The notes beneath the pieces were generated by a model. The model was not told the origin of the DNA, did no database searches, and saw only the letters and a list, made by a program, of their open reading frames with translations. From Eledone cirrhosa (taxonomy: Eukaryota): 64,000 nucleotides of DNA. Both the position numbers and the translations under genes were made by a program. The stretch covers positions 2,418,001 through 2,482,000 of the forward strand of contig OZ024753.1 of the NCBI GenBank assembly GCA_964016885.1. The letters run 5' to 3'. How positions within the stretch are numbered: position 1 is the stretch's first letter; each line of letters begins with the position of its first letter. Of this stretch, positions 61,891 to 64,000 are shown in pieces.

Positions 61891-63169
61891 TATTATATTC
61901 CTTTCTTAATGTGTCCCTCTAACTGAACATAACTTGATTTGGTATAACTTAACAAATATAGTGTTACATTGTTAGGTTATGATATTATTGATTATAATTT
62001 TGTGCAATACATAATTGTTTTCTAAAATAGAGTAGTGGGTCGTGTAGTGTTATATGGAACGTATCAACTTGCTTCTCAAACCCCGTTGGAAATATTGCAT
62101 ATAATATATTAATTACTAAAATTCTGATATTTTTCAAGAGTAACTAAATATCTAAACCCATATATTCCCTCTTCTCATTAGAAATTAGATATAACGATTT
62201 TAATTCATTCTCTCGCGCCTTTTCTACGACTCAAGTCGACACTGAAGCTTTATTTATATATAATTTCGACGAACGACTCGATTTCGTTCCATACACTATT
62301 ATTTGATACATTTAAAAGGTACTAGATTTTTTTCTAACTTCTTGTCTTGCTAAATACCATTATCTAGACATCTCTGCTTCCTTCGTTTTTTTACACTCAT
62401 ACATCCACTTTATTAGATTTTTTTATCCTATTAGAAATCTTAAGCAAAGAAAAAAAATGAATATATTTTGAGAGTTATTAACAGTTCTTTTAGAATTCTT
62501 TTGATATATTTTACAGACTTACCCACACCACAAGTAAACAATGGATTTCAATGTGTATGTTAATGATAATGGTGTTTACATAGATACGTTCCTTTCATGA
62601 TTCTATTGATATTTCCGTCCATTTCAAGTTTTCTTTTAAACTGTCAATTCAATCGCTATATATTTTTCTATTTCAAAATGCTAGACTAATTGATAATGCC
62701 TCGGTATTGAGTACTTACAGTCAGCCTTCCACAATAATTTAATTGATGCTACTAACTTAAAGATAAATATAAAATACTTTCGCAAACTTTTCCCCCCTAA
62801 ACTAAATTAGATACTGTTTTCTCTGTAGCCCTGCATTTATCGTCTATAAATAATCATTAATTAGCTGCTAATGACTCGAATTCTTAGAAAGCTAAAACTC
62901 TAATTATAAAAGCTGTATGAAGATATATCAAATAAATATAAAACAATTCTGTTTTAAACTTAATGAAACGTATCTTTTAAGGTGATCCTTAAAAATCTTT
63001 GTCTAGTTCTTTCTATTGAAATTGAATGTAATCAAATAAAGAGTTCAATTCTGTCTTAGGAAATTATTTGTTTAAATGCTTTGTTTACATCCAATAAGTT
63101 ATAGAATTTTATTTAATGTTCTTGAATCTGTAGCCCTTATCTCAGGAAGAAAGATATTTACGTATGTGT

Positions 63170-64000
<831 letters not shown>

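Overview
AT-rich, microsatellite-laden eukaryotic DNA. The SINE sequences resemble those I recall from octopus (coleoid cephalopod) genomes; this is inference, not a database result. Almost all long ORFs in the track are translated (TA)n, (CA)n or (CT)n repeats. The recognisable content is many copies of tRNA-derived SINE families plus decayed RTE, CRE-like, Penelope-like, mariner and Tigger fragments, and two MITEs. One candidate minus-strand gene end lies near the left edge: an exon at 1740-1970, possibly spliced to a Thr-rich mucin-like repeat. The most notable signal is a set of several distinct short elements beside (TA)n arrays that carry minimal type-I hammerhead ribozyme folds (one fully intact at 49404-49446) and fold-back or inverted ends, the architecture of Penelope-like pLTR or retrozyme-type elements. 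All coordinates were read by eye and boundaries are approximate.
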